Assembly: GCA_013239625.1 (NCBI GenBank)
Contig: MU053810.1
Location: 3,504,071-3,568,070, forward strand
DNA from: Lama guanicoe
Lineage: Eukaryota
DNA: 64,000 bases
Direction: 5' to 3'
Made by a program: the position numbers and the translations under genes. Below, piece by piece: positions 52,281-64,000 of the stretch; position 1 is the first letter of the stretch; each line of letters starts with the position of its first letter. Below the pieces are notes generated by a model. That model was not told the DNA's origin. It did not search any database and saw only the letters and a program-made list of their open reading frames with translations.

Positions 52281-53644
52281 TCATTCACTTTGACACTTGC
52301 TCTCTGTGGGACACTGGGCCAGCCGTTTTACCTTCGGTACCTCAATTCCTTCACCTGTGAAATGGAGAGAGTACTATGTCTTGCTCACTGAGTTGTTATA
52401 AAGGTTGAAGTTTCCGGGGTATGGAAAGGGCTCACCATGTGTGTCTGCATTTCCCCAGGAAAATTTCCTGGGCTAAGGGATAGAAGAATAGCAGTTGACT
52501 CAACTAATTCCTACGTAGGTAGGAATGACTCAGAGATTATTAACTCAGCCAGAAGAAACCATCATTTCAAAAAGAGGGTGCTTGCTAGCCCCAAACCATT
52601 TCTTCTGGGTATCTTTTGCAGTCTTAACAAAGTGAAATAAAACAATTTAGATAGTATGGGGCAAGATAATCTGAGGACAAAGATTATACAGAAAGTCAAC
52701 TTTGTCTTGAAATCTGACTTTATGGTATGATTCTTGTAAGCAGGTTTTTAAAAACTGATCTTTATAACTTTTTTTTCCTTCTTCTGTATCTTCATGTTTT
52801 CTAGAAGCTCCATGTGCTTTTCCATAATGTTTCTTGTCACGGTAGCACAGAAGAGATGGATAAAACAAGCAGGGAATGTGTAGCACTGGATGTAAAAATC
52901 AGGTGTTTGTTTCTAAGTCATAGATAGCTGTAAAGGTAACCGCCTATTTTAATTTTTAATTCCCTCTCGCTTAAGATGTAAGTTCTATGTTTCATTACTT
53001 CTTGAAAAATATTGTAGCTATGTCACGACTACAGACAAAAGTGGAGTTGTTATCTTTAGTGAAGGAAAACTCGGCAGTAAATTTATTATTTGTGTTTCAA
53101 TTTAGCTTTCTATTTCAAAAGCAATTGCTTGGCTTCATGAAAGCCCTCGGTCTTGCTTATGGCCCTTGGATATCTGAACCGTGTGGTACTGGCCTTCTGG
53201 AGAACCGCTTTAAATGAATTGTGCTATTTGCCAGTGTTGGCAGAGCAGTACAAACAGGCCCTAGGAAATTCACCGTCACATCTGCTGTCGGGGTATTGTT
53301 GAAAATGGGCTTCATTACATTATATGGTGTTCTGTTTATGAGGATCTTTAAGAGGCTGTCTTTATGGTCTTACTATAAAGAACAGTTGTGTTTTCTTGAT
53401 CAAATGGTATGACTTTATAATAGAGGTTCCATCTTTGGTCTCTGCAAAGATTGCCAGGGAGCTTAGAATAAATCTGTGGTTCAACTTAAGCAAATCCTGC
53501 CCATTTCAAGCACTGGCCTAATTCCTGGCCCCATTGACAGCCCTCTTCTCTGTTCTCTTTTTCATTTGCTCCAAATTCATGTACTTCTAATATGAAGTAT
53601 GTATCTTTCAAAGCTACCCTAATTTTTTTTTTTTGAGGAAGAAT

Positions 53645-53880
53645 AGTAGTTTAAGGACATAGGAGCTAGAGTTAAAATGTCTCATTTCAAATCCTTTCTT
53701 CACCACTTACTGACCATATACAACCTCGGGCAAGTTATTTAATAGCACGAAACCTCAGTTTCCTCATCCATGAAATGGGGATGAGAGTGTTTACTTCATA
53801 GAATTTTGTAGATTAAAGGAGATCAAGTCATGAAAAATACTGAGCACAAGGCCTGGCACACAGAGGGAGTTCGACAAACT
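53645..53880 (+). mobile_element. MIR SINE
   Basis: caacctcgggcaagttatttaa..aacctcagtttcctcatccatgaaatgggg..gcctggcaca. Confidence 0.8.
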
Positions 53881-56349
53881 CACATCATTGCTGCTATTAC
53901 TAACATTCTTTTATGTTAATATGATATAAACATACACATATAAAAAGGCATCTGATTGAAACTCCTAGGAAATGAAAATGGTTCTGCCTCCTCCATGTTT
54001 ATCTGAAATTCACATGCCTTGATATTCACAACAAGAAGACAATTTCAGGAAATAGATTTTCAAGTGTTAACAGCTCAAATCAAGACAAAAGATTGTCCTT
54101 TATAATTAGCCTTCGACGGCTACACAGAAACACAGTGCTCTTTCTATTTATGCCCCTCTTACTATTCATCAGCTAGTGTTCTGTCTTTAGGCTGATGTAT
54201 CTATGTACACAGTTGTTCTAGAAACGTTGGTGAAATGCAGAAGATTATCCTATCTTGCAATTTAAATGAAACATGGCATAGATCATTTCAGAAAGGAATT
54301 TTCCAGACAGTGAGAAATAGTTCTCGGCAACATGCAAAACCAGAAACAATGCTAGATCTAATTCTGCAAAGAGCACAGCCATGTGCTGAGTGCACCATTT
54401 CATTTTTAAGGACATAGATTTAATTTCGTGTGACAATCTGGCATCCAGGTTTTCCTCTGGTCTTCTTTTTCTCCAAATAGCTTTGTAAATATGAAAATGC
54501 AATCAAATAGGAAAAGATTAAATTTGTGAGACTACTTGCAGGGCACAGTGGTTATTATAAAGGCAGTAAATGAACAAAATAGATTAAGGAAAATGCCAAT
54601 GATAGTTATATGATCTAAACACATCTAACACGTAACTAATGAGAATTCTACGTGCACAATAAAATGTCGCCCTGTATGTCTAGCTTATTGTTTCCTAGAC
54701 CATTTCTATCTATCATAGTTATCAAAGAAATGTAATCATTCTTCAGGGTTTCATAGTAATTTATGCAATATTTTCCTCTCTTTATCAAGGCGAGGGGAAT
54801 TTGCCTTAGTAATAGGGTTTTATTTATTTTTAATACTGTCTAACAAATCTTTTGCAACAGTCCTTTATTCAAGATGATTAAAGTTAACACATTTACTTTT
54901 AAAGGAATATGGCTATAAAAATAATTCTTAGTGAATTATACCTAAATGTTTAAAAATTCTTTTGTTGTTTATAAGGAAATGACAACACATTGCAACTTAC
55001 TGGGCAAAAATTTAACATGAAGGTTACTCTCATTCATATATTCTCTTTTATATTCCTACCGAATTTATTTCTCGCATTACATAGCTCATGTTAGATCTCA
55101 TTGTGCTTCTAAAAAATAGACTACATATATATAATTTAATAATACATGACCACTGATTCTCCATTTAAATGTCATTTGATGATACAGAATTCCATATTGT
55201 GACTTTAAAAACAAATTATAGGTTTGCGGCCAGGGACATTTTTTCCTTTCCCTTTTTCAGTCTTCTTGTGCAGTAATTTGAAAATAGACACTCAGGGAGT
55301 CTTTGATCATCTCTTCCAAATTGTCAGCCTAACATCAGCCGAGCAGAATAACTTTAGAGATGCGCTGGTCTCTGGGATGTGTGGAAGTCAGGACCATTGA
55401 TGTTCTAATAATGGCCAGCTCAGTGTTACGACGTCACCTGGGGCAAGTCTGCTCATCCCCTTTCCTCATATTTGTCATCTGCTTCTAGGAAAAGAGTAGT
55501 TCTCATTCTGTCAGGATGGTGCTCATCAAACTTCTGAAATGCACTTAGAAAACCACCGTCAAGGATGGTACCCTGAGCAAGATGGTACCAGAGCAGTCAC
55601 TGATGTATGCTTTATGTGTCTTCCATCCCATTCATGACTTCCCTGAGAAGCCAGTATCAGCAGTGTAACTTTTGGATGGTAAGTAAGACTGCAGCATAGA
55701 AAGAATTAATGAATTTCTAAAGTCAGCAGGGGAGTTGAAAGCAGAAGCGAAAGTTCCACAATCTTTTTTTTTTTTTCATCTTCTTCTTCTTCTTTTTTTT
55801 TGGCTATGAAGTAGAAAGTTGTTTAGAAGTTCTGCAATCTTGATCATCCATTTAAAACATAATTTTGAGTTTCAGAAAATTCTATGAAGAATTCTGTCTT
55901 GATTTAGCAAGACTGATTTTTTTTTCTTTGCAGTATGTCTAAACTGCAGTGAGATGCACCTTTGAGAAAGAAACAGATTTCTATGGGGAATCCATTATTG
56001 AATAAATGCATGTAAAATTAGTCCTTATGTCATTCCTTTGTGGCAAATGTTTTTGTCCCTATTTTACAGATTAAACACAAAAACAGATTCCAAAAGATCT
56101 AGGATGAATTGCAGCCTTCTGGTTTAGATTTGGGATCACCAGCCCAAAGTGGGGAGGAAACCACTGTTAAGTGTTGTGGAATATTTTCAAATTTTACTAT
56201 AATTTTTTTGTACTTGCTGGTTTTTATGGTTAAAAAAAGAAGGCACTTCATAATGAGAAATAGTGAAAAGGATTTTCTTGCTCTAGGGCATGCAGCCTGC
56301 TCATTTTCCTGGAGCATCAAATTACTCAATAATTTGGAAGCAAACACAG

Positions 56350-56715
56350 TTATCTTTTCTTTTCTTGAGGCAATGTTGATTTATGACATTGTGTAAGTTT
56401 CACATGTACAACATTATATTTCTACTTCCGTATACACTGCAGCATGCTCACCACCCAAAGCTGAGTTTCTGTCAATTACCACACAGTTGATCTCTTTTAC
56501 CCCTTTCACCCTCCCCACCACCCCATCCTCTCTACTACTCTGTTCTCTGTATCTATATGTTTGTTTTTATTTGGTTTGCTTTGTCCATTTATGTTGTTTG
56601 TTTTTTATATTCCACATATGGATGAAATCACATGGCCTTTGTCTTTCTCTGTCTATTTCACTTAGCATCATACCTTTAAGGTCCATCCACTGTTGTCACA
56701 AATGGCAGGATTTCA
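56350..56715 (-). mobile_element. L1 3'-end fragment
   Basis: atattccacatatggatgaaatcacatgg..tatttcacttagcat..tccatccactgttgtcacaaatggcaggattt. Confidence 0.85.
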
Positions 56716-57999
56716 CCTGCAATATACTGTTTTCATATTAAAATAATCTCTTATATGTTACACAGTTAATGCAAAATTCATTATCGTTCGTATAACATTT
56801 TAAAACAAAACAACAAACTTCGAAGAAATTCCTGAGAGCTGTAGGGATGTTCTAAACTTCCTAGGGGCAGGGTTTGGCTCTTCTCTGTTGTAGGGGTGCT
56901 TGATGAAAAGTTGGAGAAACCCTGAGGTGTTCTCTTTGATTCTTGCAATCGTTTCCTGGGATTTGCCAAGTCCCTTCGTGGTAGGCTTTCAAAGTCGATG
57001 AGAATTTACTTCTTAGAAAAATCAACTTTGGAAAATGAATTATTCTCCCTAAGAGGATGGCAGAGCCAATATGTGAAAAAAAAAAAAGATATTCAGGGGG
57101 AAAAAAAGAAACTTCTTTTAGCAATGGCTGGATGTCCTCAAGCTTCTAGAGATCAGAGCCAGTCAGCAGAGCAGTTGACATTACCAATGAGGACAAGAAA
57201 TGTTTTGGCTCTGCCTGCCGCCAGCAGAAACAATAGAACCCTGAAACTCCCCATGCCTTTTGCTCTGGTGCCCTGAGGCCTCACACAATGTCTTTGATGG
57301 TCACTTAAAACATCCGGGGATAAGCTCCGAGGAGGCTCTTCTCAGTCCTCTGTGGTCTTAATCTGTGTTTCCTCATTGTTGGGCTGAGTCTGGTGTTTGC
57401 TTTCATGTCCTTCTATGGCTCCCGACCTGGACCTTGAAGTTACTTGTCAATGGGAGACAGTGTCCTCCACGGCTCACGCGTCCATCACCCCTCCCAGCAC
57501 GTCCACAAACATTGCTCTCAAGGCACCTTATTGTAATTGCTCGTCGTCATCTTCCCTGCCAGACTGTAAGCTCTTTGAAGGCAGGTCTGTGGCTGTCTTT
57601 CTCCCCCAACAAAAGAGGTGCTTACATACAAAATGTCGTATGACGACATGAAGGAATGGCTCCTTCCATTGCTTTCTCAGAAGCTGGGAGGGCTCTCTTC
57701 CCACCAGAGTTACAGTTCTTAACAGGCTCCCAGAAAACCACAACCCTCTTCCCACCTCAAGGAACTTCAGTCAAGTACCTGTGGGTCTAGGTTAGAAAAT
57801 GTTGGAGAAACACCAAACAGTCTTTTTTGCAAAACATTAACCAGCGCTGTAAATCAGAGCCCAGACACTTGGGCCCTTACCTTTGAGCAGAAGGTGGTCC
57901 ATTTACAGCCAATGCTATAAAATGAGAGTTGGCGACTGTTCATCTGCTTTATATTTGATGGTGTTATTCCAAGGGCTAACCCATCAATCTCAACACGTG

Positions 58000-58212
58000 G
58001 AGATAAAAAGCATGGTTCTGAAGTCAGATTGCTGGCACTGAAAATCAGCTCCATCACTTCCGGAGATGGGACTTTGGGCAAATTACTTCACCTTGGTACA
58101 CCACAGTTCCCTCATTTGTGAAGTGGGGCTGTGACTGGCCAACTCACATAGTCACCATAAGGATTTAAGGAGATAAACCTTGAAAAGTATTGAACGCAAT
58201 GCCTGGCATGTC
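58000..58212 (+). mobile_element. MIR SINE
   Basis: gactttgggcaaattacttcacc..cagttccctcatttgtgaagtgggg..aatgcctggca. Confidence 0.7.
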
Positions 58213-59410
58213 ACATGTACTATAAATCTGAATATAAAAATTCCAGTACTAAGATTTTACTACAGCTAGCAGGAGGCCCTCATGTGCTGGAAGCCCTCAA
58301 ACATGTGGGTCATATAGGTGAGGCCCCTGTGTTTGCGTGCACACACATACACACATATGCACACATGTGCATACACCAGTTAATGAGGTCAAACAAGGAG
58401 CCAGAGTGCTTATTCTGGAAAATGGATTAACCGAAGTAAGGGAAGCAAAGGCATGCTTGTATTATGAGCCCATGACCTAACCAGAAAAAAAAAAAAAGCA
58501 GAAATAGTAACCTATTCCAAGAAAAAGCAATCTCCTTGGCTGTTGGCCCACAGGATGGCAGCGACCTCTGCCACTGTGGACATTACTCTCTACTCTGGCA
58601 TTCCTTCATAGCTGCTGTGGGACACTGGATCTGGGAACACATTTTTAACTGAATCAAATATGCATCAGGGTCCCCAAGAGGTGAAAATGTAGTCACTGTC
58701 TTCCAGGGTGACATGGACACCTAGGTACACATCTCTGGAGGCCAAAACACTCAAAACTCGAGAATGAAAGTTCTGCTCCACCTGGACAGGAACTTAAGGA
58801 ATTCCTCTAGAGGCATCTAGAATATTCTCAGTGGGGACAGTAGCCTGGCCAATGCCACAGGGAGATCAGGAAAGGGCCCTTCATCCACGGCCCAGCCTCC
58901 CTGGTGAGATGGGTCTTCTGTTTGCAAGCTCATGAATATAAATGAGCCCAAACCGCACATGAAGGAGCCAGAACATATTGCAACAGCCAAATTGCAAGTT
59001 GGCTCTTAAAATCTGGCCAAAGGAGCATATGATTCAAACACTGGGGCTGAGACTGGCGCTGTGCCTGAGCCCACAGGAGGGATGGAAGAAACCTTGGCTC
59101 AAACCCCTTGAGGATGAAGAGGAAAGACCAGAGCGGGAGTGCAGGAGCTTCCATTACTGCCCTTCTTAACTTGGCTGACCTGTCATCCCGAAGCCAAAGG
59201 GGAGGGTGTGCGCCACCAAACAGAGTCCGTGAGAAAAGAGCCCAGTGCCCCAGAACACGCAAGATCAATACGAACATCATGCACGTTGAAAAGCAATAAC
59301 TTTCCTTCACTCAGTACATAATTTCTTGGCACTCACCATGTGTGCTAGGCACTGGGAATACGAAGGAAAAGAGGAAACAGTTCCTGATCTTAAGGGGTAC
59401 ACAGTGGCCG

Positions 59411-59413
<3 letters not shown>

Positions 59414-59457
<44 letters not shown>
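59414..59457. repeat. (TG)n microsatellite
   Basis: Uninterrupted run of about 22 units. Confidence 0.95.
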
Positions 59458-59458
<1 letters not shown>

Positions 59459-59569
59459 TACACAGCTAAGGGAGTGAAAGACCCAGAACAATTTCAATGT
59501 GGCATGTCGTTGCACGTCTCAGAAGTTTGTTCCTTTATACTGCCGGGGAGTGACCTATAATTTGTTCTT

Positions 59570-60349
59570 CTTGTCCTCTGTTGATGACGTGTGGTGTGTT
59601 TCCAGTTTTGGTCTATTATGAAGACAGCTGTTACGAACATTCGTATCTTCACATGGATGCCCATTTTCATTTCTCTTGGGTTAATATCTAGAAGTGGCTT
59701 GTGGTATCATATGGTAAATGTATATATAACTTCATGAGAAACTGACAAAGTGGGTTCCAGAGTGGCTGTACCAGTTTGCATTCTTATCAGCTGTGTATGA
59801 AGTTCTTAACTGCTTCACATCCTTGTCCAGATTTGATGTTGCCCATCTGAAAAAAATCTAGTCATTATGGAGGATGCATAATGGTAGTCCACTGGAGTTT
59901 TCTTTTCATTTACTTCCCTTATGATTGATAATGTTGAGTGTTTTCTTTTCCATGTGCTTATTTGCCATCAGAACATCTTTGCTGAAGCGTCTTCAAATCT
60001 TTTGCCCATTTGAAGAATCAGGTTGTTTAACCTATTATTGTTTTGTGAATTCTTTACAAATTCTGGATCCAAGTCCTCTAGCAGACGTATATTTTGCAGT
60101 CTGTGGCTTGCCTTTTCAATTTCTCACCAATGTATTTTCAGTAGCCAAAGTTTTAAATTTTGATGATATCTCCAACTTATTTATTTTTCTTCATGGTTTG
60201 TGCTTTGTGTGCTGAGATATTTTCTCTAGCCCCAAATCACAGAGATTTTTCTCCTGTTGTGTTCTAGAAGTTTTGTGGTTTTAGATTTTCCATTAGAGTC
60301 TAGAATACATTTTAAGTTAATTTTCTTATGTGGTATAAGAATTGAAGTT
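59570..60349 (-). mobile_element. Old L1 ORF2 fragment (3' part), split from 62800-64000 by the IRF7 retrocopy
   Basis: gtggctgtaccagtttgcattc, catgtgcttatttgccatc, ttctagaagttttgtggttttag are antisense L1 ORF2 motifs. Confidence 0.85.
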
Positions 60350-60362
60350 CTTCATTTTCTTT

Positions 60363-62786
60363 CTTTTCTTTTTTTTTTAAACTAGACTTTTTTATTTGTA
60401 CATTATAGATACACACTGTTCCCACTGTGTTCTAATTTATCAAAAATGGATTATCTTTAGAGATGTCTCAATTGGTTCAGTACTTGAAAGGTGAACTTTG
60501 TGACCAAGGAAGGTCCTGGGCCAGAGATGCAGGAGGTTTCCTTGACCCCCCTCACAGACGGCCTCCCCCAGGTGGCCATCTGCGTGCCTGGCCCTTGTCC
60601 AGGGAGCCCTTGTACTGTCCCTGTTACACTCTGTAAAGAGTTGCTGAAGCCTATACTCAGCTCCACTGAGGCAGAGCGGTGTTGGCAGATTTCAAAGGCC
60701 AGGGACAGCCCCCCAGGTGCAGCACAGAGGCCCTGTTCCCGATGGAGGGGCCCCAGCTGCCACCTGACAGGGAGAGCAGAGTGTCTGTGTCCTGAGGGAC
60801 ACTTGGGATCTTTGAGTAGAGTTTGTTGGCTCTGAAGTGGGGCCTGAGCTTCTTCATTGTGAGGAGAGCAGGGTGCTCCATCCATGGGCCCCCAGGAAGT
60901 GGGGTGAGCTTCAGTCCACGGTGCCTCCGCTGAGCCCCAGCCCCAAGCCCACCTCTGGTCAGGACACCACGCTCGCTCTTGGGTTTTTACTGGACCCCAA
61001 AGGGGCTGGGGTCCGCCCTAGGTGGGCTGCACCACTCCATCAGGAAGTGCTCCAGAAAGTGCTCCAGGTCGTCACAGAGGCTGTCGGAGCTGGACAGGCA
61101 GAGGCTGAGGCTGCCGCTGTCCAGGGAAGACATGCCTTCACGCTCCACGCCCTCCAGGTATGCCCGGCACAGCCACGGCTCCAGCTTCACGAGGACCAGG
61201 TTCTTCTTGGGCCTCCCCACTGACAGGTCCTGGCCAAAGCCCAGGTAGATGGTGTATTGTGGGAAGCCTCGGCGCTGGCAGACACGGAACTCCCCCAGCT
61301 CTTGAAAGAAGGTGCTCAAGTCAAAGATGGGGGTGTTGCAGTCCCGGGGCAGCAGGCAGGCTGGGGTGGAGGGGCTGGCAGAGCCCAGGGGCCCACCCAC
61401 TTCCCAGTAGACTTTGCACTTCCCCTGGCGCCGGGCCCACAGCCAGGGCCCCCGGAGCTCCAGCTGCAGGCTGGGGGCCATGTGCTGCTGCAGCTTCTCT
61501 GTGTAGTGGGCTGCTTCTGGTCAGGCAGCTCATCGGGGCTGGGGAAGGCCACACGCTGGGGCTCTGCAGCCTCAGCGGCCAGGCTGGGGGAGCCGTACAG
61601 GAGCACGCAGCCCGGGCGCCCCACCGCCTCCTGCTGCACTGTTCGGCCCTTGTACGTGATGGTCAAGTCAGGGCCTCCAGGCCGGGCTCTGCATGCAGAC
61701 AGAGCTGTGAGCAGCTGGGACCAGCCGGGTGCCCACCTGCCGTTGGGGTGCAGGCACCAGGGGAGGATGTGGTGCCAAGCTCCACCTCTGGGAGCTGCCA
61801 GGGCTCTGGGGCCAGGGGTGGGCCTGCAGCAGGAGCCTCTAGGGGGATCGGATCCACCCCCAATACAGCTTTCAACAGATGGTCGTCCAGGGAGCTCTGC
61901 TATAAAGCCTAGAGCAAGAGGTCCTCAGCATGTCCAGCTGGGTTTGCGGTGCAGGGTTCAGGGCTTAGCCAGGCCAGTTCATGCCCTGGTCTCTCACCAG
62001 TATCTGCTGCCAAGCATGGCCCAGGAAGCCCATCCCTTGTGGGTGGGGCATCTTCAAGGGCTTTGTCCTCCCCCTGGTTAATGCCTGGGCCTTCTCCGCA
62101 CCTCACCTCAGGGCTGATCACATACACCTTATGCGGGCCGGTAGGGTCTGCTGAGTTGTCTTGCAACATCACGAGTGCTTTGCAAGGCGTAGGGGAAGTT
62201 GGTTTTCCAGGAGGCTCGGAGCGCACCCTCGTTGGTTGGCCGGGCACCACTGCTGCAGGGCGGCCAGCTGCCGCAGGCCACGGCCCAGGCCTTAAAGATG
62301 CGAGAATTCGCCTCACCCAGGTCCTTTTGCACAAAGTGCCTCCAGGGAACGCGGAAGTGTGTTCAGGCCGCATCCAGCCACCGCAGCTCCTCACAGCGGT
62401 CACTGATGACCTCGGCCAGAAGCCGGTTTCCGAGGAGCACACATGGGGCCCCACTGTCCTGAGCCATGGCCATGCTCCCTCTGCAGGGGCTGGGCGGGGA
62501 GGGGCGAGGGTTGTGGTCACGGGCGCAGAGTCAGGAATTACCGCAGGTGAGAAGGTTGCGAGGGTGGCCAGATGTCACCGGTGTTGAGGGCTACAGACGG
62601 GAATTGAGGGCTGATGGCCACGACGTTGTCCAGGTGTGAGTCCTGGCCAAGGCGGTGATAGGTGTGACTACAGATGCTGCGAGCGCACGCACAAGGGGCG
62701 ACAGGTGCAGAGCCGGCCTCTGGGCAGGCCTTGCGGGGCCACTACGGAGCTGGTGCAGGAACAGATGGAGCAGGAAATCTCGTCCC
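60363..62786 (-). pseudogene. IRF7: IRF7 processed pseudogene (5' UTR, intronless disabled CDS ~62473-61018, long 3' UTR, poly-A)
   Basis: DBD motifs LRWLDAA*THFRVPWRHF..RIFKAWAVA..WKTNF..DPTGPHKVY; IAD motifs TITYKGRTV, FPSPDELPDQKQ, KCKVYWEVGGP, YTIYLGFGQDLS..LVLVKLEPWLCR..SSLDSGSLSLCLSS. No coding introns. Stops at 62363-5, 61909-11, 61900-2; frameshifts near 62170, 61668, 61509, 61034. AATAAA at 60396-60391, poly-A, TSD cttcattttcttt (60350-62) / cttctttttcttt (62787-99). Confidence 0.96.
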
Positions 62787-62799
62787 CTTCTTTTTCTTT

Positions 62800-64000
62800 T
62801 TTGCTTATGAAAATCCAGTTATTTTCCAGAACCATTTGCTGAAGAGATCTTTTCTGATTTGATTTCAACCATTTGTTACAAAGATCATCTTTTCCTTGTT
62901 GATATCTTGGCACTTTTATTGAAAACCAATTGACCATTTATCTGTGAGCCTATTTCTTGATTGAGTTTCATGGACCAATATGTCTATTCTTACAGACATC
63001 ATACTGTCTCGATTATTTTAACTTTATAGTAAGTCTTGAATTCAAATAGTGATTGTTCTTCTTTTCCAAAGTTGTTTTGGCTATTCTAGTTTTTTTGCAT
63101 TTCTGTATAAATTTCTGCAAAAAAAAATCCTGCTGGAACTTGGATTGACATTGCATTAATAGATCAATTTAGGGAGAATTGACATCTTAATGATATTTGT
63201 ACTAGGAACAAAATATATCTCACTATTTATTTAGATCTTCTTTAATTTATGTCAGGAAAGTCTTGGAGATTTTAATATACAACACATATGTTGTTAAATT
63301 TATCCCTGATTCATGCTTTGTGATGCCATTGTAAATAATGTATTTTTAAAATGTCAATTTCCAATTGTTTGTTGCCACTGTGTAGAAATACAGTTACTTT
63401 CATATGTTGACCTTATATCCTGTGACCTTGTTAAATTTAGTTCTAAGTTGTAGTTACTTTTTGGTAGATTCTTTAGAATTTTCTATACATACAACCACAG
63501 AGCCAGTGGATAATGACACTTTCATTTCTTCCTTTCCAAACAGCACGGCTTTTATTTTGGCTTCTTGCCTTATAACATGGACTAGGAACTCCTGTTGAAT
63601 AGAAATGGCAAGAGAGGACCTCTCCTTGCCTTCTTTCCAATCTTAGGGGGAAATAATTCAGTTTTAAATAATTAAGTATGGTTTTAGCTGTAGGTTTTGG
63701 CAGATTTCCTCTACCAGACTGAGAAAATTTCCTTCTATTTCTAGCTTGCTGAGACTTTTAAATCATGATTGGGTGTTAAAAGTTGTCATATGTTATTCTG
63801 CATCTACTGAGCTGATCAAAAAAGCTTCTTTTTAGTCTGTTAATATGGCAAATTACATTTATTAATTTTTGGGGTGTTGAATCAATATCGCATTCCTGAG
63901 ATAAATCCCACTTGGTCATGATGTGTTCCTTTTTTTATATATAAATACTCTATGTATATTTAGAAGTTTGCTGCTTAATTTCCAAACAGAGGAGTGTTTC
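62800..64000 (-). mobile_element. Old L1 ORF2 fragment (continues past the window end)
   Basis: ccagaaccatttgctgaagag, gttgttttggctattctag, atcaatttagggagaattgacatctt, ataaatcccacttggtcatg. Confidence 0.9.

Noticed and set aside
61039..61068. EHFL-EHFL duplication near the IRF7 C-terminus as a pseudogene-specific lesion
   Set aside because: In-frame with a synonymous difference between copies; may be inherited from the parental artiodactyl gene and cannot be resolved without alignment.
61018..62473. Functional IRF7 gene or retrogene
   Set aside because: Premature stop at codon 37 plus further stops and frameshifts; at least one DBD tryptophan is lost.
61160..62587. Plus-strand ORFs of 212-274 aa
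   Set aside because: Antisense shadows of the GC-rich IRF7 pseudogene.

Overview
Mammalian genomic DNA, most likely a camelid (five tRNA-derived SINEs of the camelid Vic-1 type, plus artiodactyl-type L1 3' ends). The first ~1.7 kb is a CpG island holding coding exon 1 and the promoter of PIP4K2A (minus strand; the gene continues leftwards out of the window). The other ~62 kb is upstream intergenic sequence dominated by L1, L2, MIR, MaLR/ERV LTRs and Tigger-type DNA transposons. Four features stand out. (i) A disabled IRF7 processed pseudogene is inserted into an old L1 with poly(A) tail and TSD, and preserves a ~640-nt extended 3' UTR ending at a distal poly(A) site. (ii) A 344-bp element made only of an L1 5' end joined to an L1 3' end at an apparent splice junction is nested in another L1. 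(iii) A twin-primed, 5'-inverted L1 has a perfect 13-bp TSD. (iv) An internally deleted ERV1-class provirus retains LTR, tRNA-Arg PBS, gag, pro and partial int but no RT/RNase H. I see no intact novel protein-coding system. Repeat family names come from recall of consensus sequences and need RepeatMasker/Dfam confirmation, and boundaries of old repeats are approximate.
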